Of a stretch of DNA of 64,000 bases, positions 47,022-56,569 are shown in pieces; the stretch's first letter is position 1; each line of letters opens with the position of its first letter. The notes under the pieces are model-generated. The model worked only from the letters and a program-made list of their open reading frames with translations. It made no database searches and was not told where the DNA came from. The DNA is taken from the NCBI GenBank assembly GCA_045544995.1, contig JAZQAE010000167.1, positions 1,218 through 65,217 on the forward strand, read 5' to 3'. The position numbers and the translations under genes were made by a program. This DNA is from Eubacteriales bacterium (lineage in GTDB: Bacteria; Bacillota; Clostridia; Oscillospirales; QAKW01).

Positions 47022-48116
47022 TTACTCGCCCAGGTTTGCAAAGAGATCCAGGAAGTTCAGTTCCTCTTCCTGCTCTTCATCCTTATCCTCCGCTTCCACA
47101 GAACCGGGGAATGCCAGGATCGGCTCATCGGCCATCAAACCCTTCTTGGAAGACTCCGAAGAGGGAAATCCGGTTGCGATCACCGTGACGATGATCTCAT
47201 CATCCAGATCGTTATTGAGCGCCACACCCCAGATGATATTGGCATCGGGATGAGCGGCCTGCTCGACCATCCGGCTGGCCTCGTCCACCTCGTCCATCCC
47301 GATATCGGGAGATGCGGTGATATTGAAGATGACGCCGGTAGCGCCGTCGATAGAAGTCTCCAAAAGGGGACTGGAAATCGCCATAGCAGCAGCATTGACC
47401 GCCTTGTCCTTACCGGAAGCACGGCCCACACCCATGTGAGCATTCCCTGCATCCTTCATGATCTTATGTACGTCTGCAAAGTCCACGTTCACAAGACCCG
47501 GGATCAGGATCAGATCGGAAATACTCTGTACACCCTGACGGAGAACGTCGTCTGCCACCTGGAATGCATTGAGGAGGGTGATCCGCTCAGCGGATACGTC
47601 CTTGAGTTTTTCATTGGGGATAATGATAAGGCTGTCTACGTGCGCACGGAGTTTTTCGATACCGGCCTCGGCGGTTTTCAGCTTCATCCGCCCCTCAAAG
47701 CCAAAGGGCTTGGTCACGATAGCAACGGTCAGAATGCCCATATCCTTGGCAATCTCTGCCACGATCGGAGCACTGCCGGTACCGGTACCGCCGCCCATAC
47801 CGGCGGCAATAAAGACCATATCGGCGCCACGGAGGACGGCCTCGATCTCTTCACGGCTTTCGATGGCACTGTTTTCGCCAACCAAGGGATCACTCCCTGC
47901 GCCCTTGCCCTTCGTCAGTTTTTCACCGATCTGCACCTTGATGGGAGCAGGAGAAGCCTCCAGGACCGGTTTATCGGTATTAACTACCACAAAATCCACG
48001 CCCTGCACGCCGGCTCTGATCATACGGTTGACTGCATTACAGCCACCGCCGCCGCAACCGACTACTTTTATATTGACGACGCCCTCGCCGCTATCTGCAA
48101 ATTCGAAACTTGCCAT
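47022..48116 (-). CDS. ftsZ: Cell division GTPase FtsZ
   Basis: IKVVGCGGGGCNAVNRM and the GGGTGTGSAP tubulin signature. Confidence 0.98.
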   Translation of the reverse strand: MASFEFADSGEGVVNIKVVGCGGGGCNAVNRMIRAGVQGVDFVVVNTDKPVLEASPAPIKVQIGEKLTKGKGAGSDPLVGENSAIESREEIEAVLRGADMVFIAAGMGGGTGTGSAPIVAEIAKDMGILTVAIVTKPFGFEGRMKLKTAEAGIEKLRAHVDSLIIIPNEKLKDVSAERITLLNAFQVADDVLRQGVQSISDLILIPGLVNVDFADVHKIMKDAGNAHMGVGRASGKDKAVNAAAMAISSPLLETSIDGATGVIFNITASPDIGMDEVDEASRMVEQAAHPDANIIWGVALNNDLDDEIIVTVIATGFPSSESSKKGLMADEPILAFPGSVEAEDKDEEQEEELNFLDLFANLGE

Positions 48117-48174
48117 TCTTTCTTCCTCCTGATAATTTTATATATCGATCCTATGATAAAATACTCTAAGTTAT

Positions 48175-48203
48175 ATTTTAATATTAAACGAACTGAATTG
48201 CAA
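48175..48203 (-). promoter_or_regulatory. Candidate ftsZ-proximal promoter (TTGCAA-17-TAAAAT)
   Basis: Read on the minus strand in the 124-nt gap upstream of ftsZ. Confidence 0.4.
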
Positions 48204-48240
48204 GTGTTTTTCATAAATTTAAAAAGAAATTCATGGAAAA

Positions 48241-49389
48241 TCAAATGCAAAAAGCAACAACAGCCATCCGCCGTGCAGATTCCTTTAAAGAATCAATTTC
48301 TGCCCGTTCGTGAACCGAATGGATATCAAGACCGTAAACACCCAGATTGTCGATGGTAGGAATTCCGGCGAGGGTCGTATAGGCCGCATCCGAACCGCCC
48401 AACGCTTTTGCCCCCTCCAGACGGGACATCCCGTTTGCTTCATAGATCTCGTTCATCGTCTCCAGAAGTTTAACGTTCCGATCATTCAACGGCATTGCCG
48501 GTCGATCGCTGACCTTTTCCAGATCGCAGGTACAACCGGGAACAAAGGTTTCTGCCGCCACCGCCTCTACGGTACGGATCGCCTCGTCGGCCTGTTCTTG
48601 ATCAGCAAAGCGAATATCTGCCAGGAAACTACATTCCGCCGCCACTGTATTGGCAACGGTACCGCCCTGAATCACACCGCAATTGCAGGTGAGACCGTCT
48701 CCATCCTTCATCGGCTCCAGCTTAAGGATTTTATGAGCCGCCTCTGCCACCGCATTGGCACCGGTCTGACACTTGGAGGAATGAGCCGCCTTGCCGTGAA
48801 TATTGAAACGATACCGCAGAATTCCTTTACGGATATATACAGCAGTCCCCACACCGCAGCCCTCGGTATTCAAAAATGCGACAGAATTCTTCGCCTTTTC
48901 ACACATAAACTCAACGGTCTTCTTCCCGCTGGTCTTGCTGCCGGTCTCCTCGTCAGATTGGATGATCAACTGCACCGGACGACCCTTAAATCCGCATTGG
49001 TCCAGGGCATCCATCGCCATAAAAGAAGCAACGACACCGCCCTTGCAGTCCGTTACGCCGGGTCCGTAGATGTACTTTTCATCAAACCGCACTGCAGGAG
49101 AGCCAAAAAGCCCCTTAGGGTGCACCGTATCAATATGACCGGAGAAGGTGATCGGCGGAGCGTCCACCTCAGAATTCATGGTAATGCAGATCGCATCGCC
49201 TGCCACCTCCTGCCGGGAGAGTTCTACCTTCCAGCCCCGCTCCTCCGCCATGCGGATAAAGTAGTGGCCCACTGCGTCCACCGCCGCCTTATCGGCAGTC
49301 GGACTTTCCAGGTTACAGACGTCTTCCCAAACCTTGATATACTGTTCGTTTATCTTCTCTATTTTTTCAAAAAGTTTTTCACATTTCAT
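48241..49389 (-). CDS. M20-family metallopeptidase (carboxypeptidase G2-like)
   Basis: FSGHIDTVHP, SDEETGS and HGKAAHS motifs. The start was set at MKCEKLF (49389), with AGAGGTGA upstream. The ORF is open up to 49473. Confidence 0.75.
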   Translation of the reverse strand: MKCEKLFEKIEKINEQYIKVWEDVCNLESPTADKAAVDAVGHYFIRMAEERGWKVELSRQEVAGDAICITMNSEVDAPPITFSGHIDTVHPKGLFGSPAVRFDEKYIYGPGVTDCKGGVVASFMAMDALDQCGFKGRPVQLIIQSDEETGSKTSGKKTVEFMCEKAKNSVAFLNTEGCGVGTAVYIRKGILRYRFNIHGKAAHSSKCQTGANAVAEAAHKILKLEPMKDGDGLTCNCGVIQGGTVANTVAAECSFLADIRFADQEQADEAIRTVEAVAAETFVPGCTCDLEKVSDRPAMPLNDRNVKLLETMNEIYEANGMSRLEGAKALGGSDAAYTTLAGIPTIDNLGVYGLDIHSVHERAEIDSLKESARRMAVVAFCI

Positions 49390-49453
49390 TTTTTCACCTC
49401 TATTTTTCATTATAGCATCACTCTTTCTTATAATCAATAAAAAACAGAGGATT

Positions 49454-50392
49454 TTACTCCTCTGTTTCTTCATTTTCTGTATTTGATTCTTCCGTTTCCG
49501 TCTCCTCGGCCTCCGGTTTTTCCGTCTCTTGTTTCTTCGGTCTGAAATAGACCCGCTCCGGATTGGAAACGTCCACGATGGCAGACTGCCCCAAACCGTT
49601 ATCTTTGATCAAATAAGCAGCCAACTCCATTTTGGTTTCGGATTGATCTAAGCTTCCAAAATCAATGGTCAGGAATTCTCCGTAAAGAACCTGAATGTCG
49701 TAACGGGCAAAAAACTGCACTTCCCGTACCTGTTTCCAATCCAGATCCGGATTTTTGCTGAAGCCCTCATACAACCGTTTCAGGAATCCCGTATAATCTT
49801 CTTCGCCAAAGACTGCCGTCTCCCCCACCTTCAGCTGGGTGGCAGCGATCTGCGTTAATTGAGGAACGCCGTCCAATGGAGAAGTCACTTCCTGCTCCGT
49901 CTCCTCGTCTTCTTGCTCCCCCTCATCCTGTTTTTTCTCTTCGGACGCACCCTCTTCCGGGATCACTTCTTTCGGCAATGTCAGCAGTTCCAACACCCGA
50001 TATTCTTCGTTGAGAAATGCGGCGCCGGTCTCGGTGGGAACCCAGACGACCGGCTGGTTTTCCACCACCTTAACAGAAAGCGTATTGGGCAGTTTCCGAT
50101 TGATTTCCACCGTCTTTACGTAGGGTAAACTCTCCATCCGGTCGATCACTTCAAACTTATCCAGCCGGAAAAGATTTTGACCGATCTTAAGACCGCCCAC
50201 CTCCAAAAGTTCTTCGGCGGTATAGCGGGTATTCCCTTCCAACAAAATGGTCTCCGCATTAAAGAAGACCGTCACAGAAAGGATCGCCAACGTCAGCATC
50301 ATCAACACAAAGAGCAACCCGAAAAAGACCATTTTGGCCCGTTTTTTCCGTCTCTTCTTTTTTTGATAGTAGCGCTCTACGCTATTGGCCAT
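49454..50392 (-). CDS. ftsQ: Cell division protein FtsQ/DivIB (POTRA domain)
   Basis: Basic N-terminus, a TM segment, and a POTRA domain (ILLEGNTRYTAEELLEVGGLKIGQNLFRLD...VKTVEINRKLPNTLSVKVVE). It has an acidic T/E-rich C-terminal tail. Confidence 0.85.
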   Translation of the reverse strand: MANSVERYYQKKKRRKKRAKMVFFGLLFVLMMLTLAILSVTVFFNAETILLEGNTRYTAEELLEVGGLKIGQNLFRLDKFEVIDRMESLPYVKTVEINRKLPNTLSVKVVENQPVVWVPTETGAAFLNEEYRVLELLTLPKEVIPEEGASEEKKQDEGEQEDEETEQEVTSPLDGVPQLTQIAATQLKVGETAVFGEEDYTGFLKRLYEGFSKNPDLDWKQVREVQFFARYDIQVLYGEFLTIDFGSLDQSETKMELAAYLIKDNGLGQSAIVDVSNPERVYFRPKKQETEKPEAEETETEESNTENEETEE

Positions 50393-50404
50393 ACTATCAC
50401 TTCC

Positions 50405-51514
50405 TTAATGTATCAATTGATAGAGTTCATTATAGATGGTTTCTGCCGCTTCCGGCAACGCCAACTCTTTGGCATGACGGCTGAGAGCAGCTCTCTCTTG
50501 AGGATGTTCTTTCAACCGCATCACTTCGCTATACAGCCGACGGGCAGAAAGATCTTTCTCCTCCAGGAGGATCGCGCCGCCCCGGTCAGAGAGAGAACGT
50601 GCATTATAGTACTGATGGTTATGGGTCACGTTGGGCGAGGGAATCAAAACCGCCGGTTTCCCGAGGGCGGTCAACTCTCCCAAAGTGATGGCTCCGGCAC
50701 GGCTGATGACCGCATCGGCGGCCGCCAGATGCAAGGGCATATCGTAAAGATAAGGCTGAACGGAAATGAAGCCTTTTTTCTCCACGTCAAAGCCTTTATC
50801 TCTCAAGGCCTCCGGCATCCATTTCCATGCCCGATCTCCAGTGGCATGGGTATGATAAAAATCTTTTTTCTTGGCATTTTCCGCAATCACGTCCACCATC
50901 GCCCGATTGATCTCCAAAGCGCCGAGACTTCCGGCGAAGGACAGGAGATAAAAGGCATCCTCCGGAATTCCCAAGGCAGCTCTTGCATCCTCTCTGGAGG
51001 TCGAGAGGATCTCTGCCCGCAGAGGATTGCCGGAGAGGATCATCTTCTTGGTCTTTCCAAAATATTGCTCACTGCCGGGAAAACTGATAAAGACGATATC
51101 CGCCTTCCGGGCCAGCATTTTACTGGTGATACCGGGATAGGCATTCTGCTCATGGATGCAGGTGGGAATGCCCATATTCTGAGCCGCCGCCACCACCGGA
51201 CCGGAAACGTAACCGCCGGTTCCGATCACCAGATCCGGCTTAAACTCACGGATCAGGGCTTTACAATCCGACCGGGCTTTTAAGTATAACTGAATGGTTT
51301 TCAGATTATCCAGCGTCAATTTCCGGCGAAAGCCTTGGGTCTTGACCGCTTTGAACGCAAAGCCAGCTTTTTGAACCAACGTTTCTTCGATCTTGCCGGA
51401 ATTCCCGATGAAAAGGATTTCTGCGTCCGGATTTTTTGCTTTAATGGTACTGGCGATTGCGATAGCCGGATTGCAATGTCCGGCGGTACCGCCCCCTGCT
51501 AAAAGTACTCTCAT
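50405..51514 (-). CDS. murG: UDP-N-acetylglucosamine--N-acetylmuramyl-(pentapeptide) pyrophosphoryl-undecaprenol GlcNAc transferase
   Basis: MRVLLAGGGTAGHCNPAIAIA and GTGGYVSGPVV. The start was set at 51514, with a GGAG RBS. Confidence 0.95.
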   Translation of the reverse strand: MRVLLAGGGTAGHCNPAIAIASTIKAKNPDAEILFIGNSGKIEETLVQKAGFAFKAVKTQGFRRKLTLDNLKTIQLYLKARSDCKALIREFKPDLVIGTGGYVSGPVVAAAQNMGIPTCIHEQNAYPGITSKMLARKADIVFISFPGSEQYFGKTKKMILSGNPLRAEILSTSREDARAALGIPEDAFYLLSFAGSLGALEINRAMVDVIAENAKKKDFYHTHATGDRAWKWMPEALRDKGFDVEKKGFISVQPYLYDMPLHLAAADAVISRAGAITLGELTALGKPAVLIPSPNVTHNHQYYNARSLSDRGGAILLEEKDLSARRLYSEVMRLKEHPQERAALSRHAKELALPEAAETIYNELYQLIH

Positions 51515-51615
51515 TCTTTCGTCTCCATTCATTAGCAAACACGAATAATCCGAGCCGGATTTTTAGGGAAGGATTTTCGCCTTTGCCGTGTTAAAATACT
51601 CGTTAATCGACTGGG

Positions 51616-52770
51616 TCAATCTTGCTTGCTAAAACGGGATACCGCCAAGACGATTCCCATTTCAAACAGTAACATCAATAACGCCGTACCGCCGTAGCTG
51701 AAGAACGGCAAACTGATTCCGGTGGGAGGCACCGAATTGGTTACCACCGCAATATTCAGCACCGTTTGAATGGCCACACGGGAGATGATTCCCACCACCA
51801 GGAGGGAACCGAATTTATCCTTGGCATGATAGGCGATCACAAATCCCCGCCAGATCAAAAGCACAAACAAAACGATCACCATCATGGCACCGATAAAGCC
51901 CAATTCTTCGCAGATGATGGAGAAAATATAGTCATTCTGCGGTTCCGGGATATAGAGATATTTTTGCCGGGATTGCCCAAGCCCCAGTCCCAAAAGACCG
52001 CCGCTTCCGATGGCATAGAGGGACTGGATGGTCTGGAACCCGTCGCCGGTGGGATCAGAAAAAGGATCCAGCCAGGTGTTGATTCGTGTTTTCGCATACG
52101 GAGTCAAAAAGGCAAAGCCTGCCAACGCCGTTACACCGGCGGCACCGATTCCTAAAAATTGCTTCAGATTGGATCCGCCCACAAAGATCATGACGGCACC
52201 CACCAAGAAGATGAGGATCGCACCGGAAATATGGGTCTCCACCGCTACCAATCCGCAGACCACCATCAGGACGGCAGCCGGAATCAGGATGCCCACCTTA
52301 AACTCTTTCATCCGCTTATAATTGGCGGACATATACGAAGCGAAGGTCACGATGATCGCCAATTTACCGATCTCACTGGGCTGGAACCGAAAGGCGCCAA
52401 AGCCCAACCAACGCCGGGCGCCGTTTACCTTGATACCGATTCCCGGAATAAGAACCAGCATCAGCATCAGTACCGCCGCCCCCAGAAGAATCAGCGAGAA
52501 ACGGCGCAGATTATGATAATCAAACCGAGGCACAAACAGCATGAATGCCACGCCGACCACCGCAAAAAGCAACTGACGTTTGATAAAGTGGTAACTGTCC
52601 CCGTATTTATAGAGGGCGCTGACGTAACTGGAGGACGCCACCATGATCAAACCAAAGGTCAGAAGACAAAGAACCAGGATCAGAAACACCAGATCAATTC
52701 CGCCGGCCTCTGCCTTATCGGCAAACCATTTATTCTTTTTTTTCGGCTGGTTTTTTGCCAATCGTGGCAC
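51616..52770 (-). CDS. ftsW: SEDS-family peptidoglycan polymerase FtsW/SpoVE
   Basis: Ten TM segments. Includes RWLGFGAFRFQPSEIGKLA and LPFFSYGGTALL. Confidence 0.9.
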   Translation of the reverse strand: MPRLAKNQPKKKNKWFADKAEAGGIDLVFLILVLCLLTFGLIMVASSSYVSALYKYGDSYHFIKRQLLFAVVGVAFMLFVPRFDYHNLRRFSLILLGAAVLMLMLVLIPGIGIKVNGARRWLGFGAFRFQPSEIGKLAIIVTFASYMSANYKRMKEFKVGILIPAAVLMVVCGLVAVETHISGAILIFLVGAVMIFVGGSNLKQFLGIGAAGVTALAGFAFLTPYAKTRINTWLDPFSDPTGDGFQTIQSLYAIGSGGLLGLGLGQSRQKYLYIPEPQNDYIFSIICEELGFIGAMMVIVLFVLLIWRGFVIAYHAKDKFGSLLVVGIISRVAIQTVLNIAVVTNSVPPTGISLPFFSYGGTALLMLLFEMGIVLAVSRFSKQD

Positions 52771-52786
52771 CCCCTTTTAATAAATC

Positions 52787-53797
52787 TTAAAGATTGAAAT
52801 AGCGATAATAGAACATTCCCCAAAGAGCCAAAAGGCAGCCCAGGGCGCTGATAGCGGTAAAGACGGCAACGATTTTGTTTTCCGACCAACCGCACATTTC
52901 AAAATGATGATGGATCGGGGTCATCTTAAAGATCCGTTTGCCGTGGGTCAGTTTATAGAAGCCCACCTGCAGGACCACGGAAAGCCCCTCCAAAAGATAC
53001 ATGATACCGCCGATCAGGATAAAATACGGCATATCATAAGCCATCGCCAATGCCACAATGGCGGCACCCAAGAATAAAGAGCCGGTATCGCCCATAAAAA
53101 CTTTCGCCGGATGGAAATTATAGATTAAAAAGCCTGCCAAACCACCGGTCAAAGCGGAAGCAAAGAGGGTAATGCCGGTATTATTGGTTCCGGTCAAAAA
53201 GAAGCCGATGATCATAAAAGAAATGGTGTACGGCAGAGAAACGCTGGTCACCAAGCCGTCCAGGCCGTCCGTCAGATTGACGGAATTCACAAAGAAGAAC
53301 AGCATCGGGATCATCAGCAGGAAATAGAAATAATACAGATGAATCCGAATATTCAGATAGGGAATGAAAATGGTATCGGTAATGGTATTGGTGGCATAGA
53401 GCGCCCCAAGAAAGAGCGCCATGAAGAGCATCAAAGGCAAGGTCTTTTGCAAGACGGATAATCCCTTATTCCGCTTTTTCACCACCTTAATATAGTCGTC
53501 CACAAAGCCGACGATTCCGCAAAGAACCACAAATACCAAGCAGATCAAAAGCCGCCAATCTCCCCGGATCATCTCACCGATGCCCATGACGAGGGTCACC
53601 AAAATGGTGGGAATGATAAAGATCAGTCCACCGATGGTAGGCGTTCCCTGCTTGGTCTCCTTATGCCAGGAAGGACCGATATCCAGAATGCTCTGAGCAC
53701 ATTTCAAACGCCGCAAAAACGGCAGGATCCAGGGCGCAAGTAACAGCGCCAGAAAGAAGCTTGCCGCAAGGGCAATGATGATCAGCCAGTAATTCAT
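52787..53797 (-). CDS. mraY: Phospho-N-acetylmuramoyl-pentapeptide transferase
   Basis: KQGTPTIGG, NSVNLTDGLDGL, MGDTGSLFLGAA and PIHHHFE. Confidence 0.97.
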   Translation of the reverse strand: MNYWLIIIALAASFFLALLLAPWILPFLRRLKCAQSILDIGPSWHKETKQGTPTIGGLIFIIPTILVTLVMGIGEMIRGDWRLLICLVFVVLCGIVGFVDDYIKVVKKRNKGLSVLQKTLPLMLFMALFLGALYATNTITDTIFIPYLNIRIHLYYFYFLLMIPMLFFFVNSVNLTDGLDGLVTSVSLPYTISFMIIGFFLTGTNNTGITLFASALTGGLAGFLIYNFHPAKVFMGDTGSLFLGAAIVALAMAYDMPYFILIGGIMYLLEGLSVVLQVGFYKLTHGKRIFKMTPIHHHFEMCGWSENKIVAVFTAISALGCLLALWGMFYYRYFNL

Positions 53798-55135
53798 TTA
53801 TTTCCCCATCCTTTCCTTTAATGCCGCCGCCAATTTGTCAAAGCCCATGGAATTGGAGGCCTTGAACAAAACGGTGTCGCCGGGTTTCACCAAGTTCTCC
53901 AGCAGAGAAAAGGCTTCGTCCCGGGTAGGAATATAGTATTTTTCGATTGCTTCGGGCAACCGATCAAAGATCATTTTAGCCCGTGTCCCGATGGCAACGA
54001 CCACGGGAATCCCCAAACGGGCGCAACAGTCCGCCACTCCTTCGTGGCCTTGTTTTTCATAAGAACCCAACTCCAACATATCGCCAAGGACGGCGATCTG
54101 CCGACCGGGCTTGCCGGACAATACCTTAAGAGCGGCGGCCATGGAATCGGGCGAAGCATTGTAAGTATCGTCAATGACAGTCACACCGCCAACAGTTTCG
54201 GTAAACTGCCGGCGTCCGTCCCCGGTAAAGGATTCAATCCCCTCTTTCAGCAACCGAGGATCAACGCCCATAAGATGCCCCACACCGAACGCCGCCAAAG
54301 CGTTCATCACCTGATGTTCGCCTTCTACCTGCAGGGCGATCTCGATGGAGCCCCCGGGATAACACAGCGTAAAGGCAGAACCCTCCGCCTTTTCGGCTCT
54401 ATAATCATTATGCGCAGAAAACCCGAAATAAACGCATCGCTTCTGAGGACGGGCTCCGTACAGCAACGGTTCGTCCCCATTCAGAAGTGCCACCCCGTCT
54501 GCCGGCAACGCATCCACCAGTTCCAGTTTGGCACGGGCGATATTTTCCCGGCTCTTCAAAAGTTCCAGATGCGCCACGCCGACATTGGTCACCACGGCGA
54601 TCTCCGGGGTAATGAACTGGGTCAGATAAGAGATCTGTCCCAGTCCGCGCATCCCCATCTCAATGACGGCCGCCCGGTCGGTCGGCTCCACCGCAAGACC
54701 GGTCAGGGGGACACCCAGTTCATTATTCATATTGCCCTTGGTTCCGGAGACCTGCATCGCCGCACTCAGCGCAGATAAAATGAAGTTTTTCGTGGTGGTC
54801 TTACCCACACTGCCGGTGACGCCGATCACTTTCGCCGTTAAGGATTCCAGATGCGCTTTCGCCAACTGGCCCAGTGCGAATCGTTCGTCTTTCACTTCAA
54901 AATACGGGCTTTTCGGCGCATTTTCTAACGGTTTTGACCCCAAAAATGCGATTTTTTCATAGGTTTTATCCAAAGCAGCGATAAACCGATGTCCGTCCAC
55001 CCGTTCTCCCTCGATGGCGACGAAAAGACATCCCTCTTCCGCCTGACGGGAGTCGGTAACCACCTTTTGGATGTCAAAATCCAAGTTCGGTTTCGGACAA
55101 TTTAAAATTTCAGCGATTTGACAGACGCTTAACAT
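53798..55135 (-). CDS. murF: UDP-N-acetylmuramoyl-tripeptide--D-alanyl-D-alanine ligase
   Basis: GVTGSVGKTTTK, IDDTYNASPDSM, and its position between murE and mraY. Confidence 0.93.
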   Translation of the reverse strand: MLSVCQIAEILNCPKPNLDFDIQKVVTDSRQAEEGCLFVAIEGERVDGHRFIAALDKTYEKIAFLGSKPLENAPKSPYFEVKDERFALGQLAKAHLESLTAKVIGVTGSVGKTTTKNFILSALSAAMQVSGTKGNMNNELGVPLTGLAVEPTDRAAVIEMGMRGLGQISYLTQFITPEIAVVTNVGVAHLELLKSRENIARAKLELVDALPADGVALLNGDEPLLYGARPQKRCVYFGFSAHNDYRAEKAEGSAFTLCYPGGSIEIALQVEGEHQVMNALAAFGVGHLMGVDPRLLKEGIESFTGDGRRQFTETVGGVTVIDDTYNASPDSMAAALKVLSGKPGRQIAVLGDMLELGSYEKQGHEGVADCCARLGIPVVVAIGTRAKMIFDRLPEAIEKYYIPTRDEAFSLLENLVKPGDTVLFKASNSMGFDKLAAALKERMGK

Positions 55136-56556
55136 TCCTCTAAAAATTCCTTTACGATCTTCTTTTCATCAAAGGGGTACTTGGTCTTGCCGATGATCTG
55201 GTAATCTTCATGTCCTTTACCGGCCAGTAAGATCAGATCTCCGTCTTGCGCATTGCGGATGGCATAGCCAATGGCTTCACGCCGGTTTTCGATAACGGTA
55301 TACGGAACCGCCGTCCCCTCCAAGCCGACCAAAATATCTTGAATGATGGCACCCGGCTCTTCTGTCCGGGGGTTATCGGAGGTGACGATCAAGGCGTCGC
55401 TGTACTTTGCGGCCATGGCGGCCATCAACGGACGCTTGGTACGGTCACGGTCTCCGCCACATCCAAACAGTGTGACCACACGCCCCTTGGCATAGGTCTT
55501 AATCGTAGTGAGAATATTCTCCAAGGCATCGGGGGTATGGGCATAATCCAACATCACCGCAAAGGGGTAGCCCTCGGTGATCACCTCGGCCCGGCCTGCC
55601 ACCTTAGGGATGTTATTCAATCCTGCCGTTACCTCCTCAAAGGAGTATCCGGCCGCCAAAAGAAGTCCTGCGGCGCAAAGGGTATTATGAACCGTAAACA
55701 TCCCGGGAGTAGAGACCCGAATAGGAGCGCTTTTCTCCCCCATCTCCAAAAGATAAGAGACACCGGATACGTCGATCTCGATCTCCTTTGCCTGAAGGTC
55801 TGCGGCCGTCTCGGCAGAATAGGTCATTCCGCCATACCGCTCCGCCAATTCCCGTCCGGCAGCATCATCCAGGTTGAAAACACCGGTTCCCGCCATGGTG
55901 AACAGACGGGCTTTGGCCTCTTTATAGTTTTCCATCGTCTTATGGTAATCCAGATGGTCTTGCGTCAGATTGGTAAAGCCTGCGGCGGCAAACGGAAGAC
56001 TATCCACCCGTTTTTGATCCATCGCCTGAGAGGAGACCTCCATCACCACGGTACGGACCCCGGCATCCCGCATCTCTTTCAAGAGGGTAAACAGCTGATA
56101 GGGTTCCGGAGTGGTGAAGACTGCCGGGATACTCTTTTCGCCGATCATATTATGGACCGTACCGATCAAGCCGGCCGGTTCTCCTAATCCATCCAAAATG
56201 CTTTTGGCAAACTGGGCGGTAGAGGTTTTTCCATTGGTGCCGGTCACACCCAAGAAGCGCAGTTCCTTTTCCGGATGGGCGAAAAAGTTGGCGCAGACCA
56301 GCTGAAACGCCCAACGGGTAGAGGGGGTCTCCACCACAGGAATGCCCACCTCCAAGGAATGCTCTGCCAAAATGACGGCGGCGCCGTTTGCTTCGGCTTT
56401 GGCGGCAAAAACGTGGCCGTCCACTTGTTCGCCGGGAATGGCGGCAAAGAGCCAGCCCTCTTTTACTTCCCGGGAATCACAGGTAATTCCCAAGATCTCC
56501 CGATCCTCATAGGAATTCAAAATTTCAAGTCCATTTAACAGTTCAGACAGGTACAT
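55129..56556 (-). CDS. murE: UDP-N-acetylmuramoyl-L-alanyl-D-glutamate--2,6-diaminopimelate ligase
   Basis: GVTGTNGKTS, and the DNPRTEEP (DNPR) motif associated with DAP-adding enzymes. Confidence 0.93.
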   Translation of the reverse strand: MYLSELLNGLEILNSYEDREILGITCDSREVKEGWLFAAIPGEQVDGHVFAAKAEANGAAVILAEHSLEVGIPVVETPSTRWAFQLVCANFFAHPEKELRFLGVTGTNGKTSTAQFAKSILDGLGEPAGLIGTVHNMIGEKSIPAVFTTPEPYQLFTLLKEMRDAGVRTVVMEVSSQAMDQKRVDSLPFAAAGFTNLTQDHLDYHKTMENYKEAKARLFTMAGTGVFNLDDAAGRELAERYGGMTYSAETAADLQAKEIEIDVSGVSYLLEMGEKSAPIRVSTPGMFTVHNTLCAAGLLLAAGYSFEEVTAGLNNIPKVAGRAEVITEGYPFAVMLDYAHTPDALENILTTIKTYAKGRVVTLFGCGGDRDRTKRPLMAAMAAKYSDALIVTSDNPRTEEPGAIIQDILVGLEGTAVPYTVIENRREAIGYAIRNAQDGDLILLAGKGHEDYQIIGKTKYPFDEKKIVKEFLEEC

Positions 56557-56569
56557 GCTGACACCTCGA

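Noticed and set aside
48170-48176. Extra GTTATAT/GTGATAT heptamers outside the array (for example 48170-76 upstream of ftsZ, and a GTGATAT near 22491).
   Set aside because: Isolated 7-mers in AT-rich intergenic DNA are expected by chance, and they have no adjoining hairpins or periodicity.
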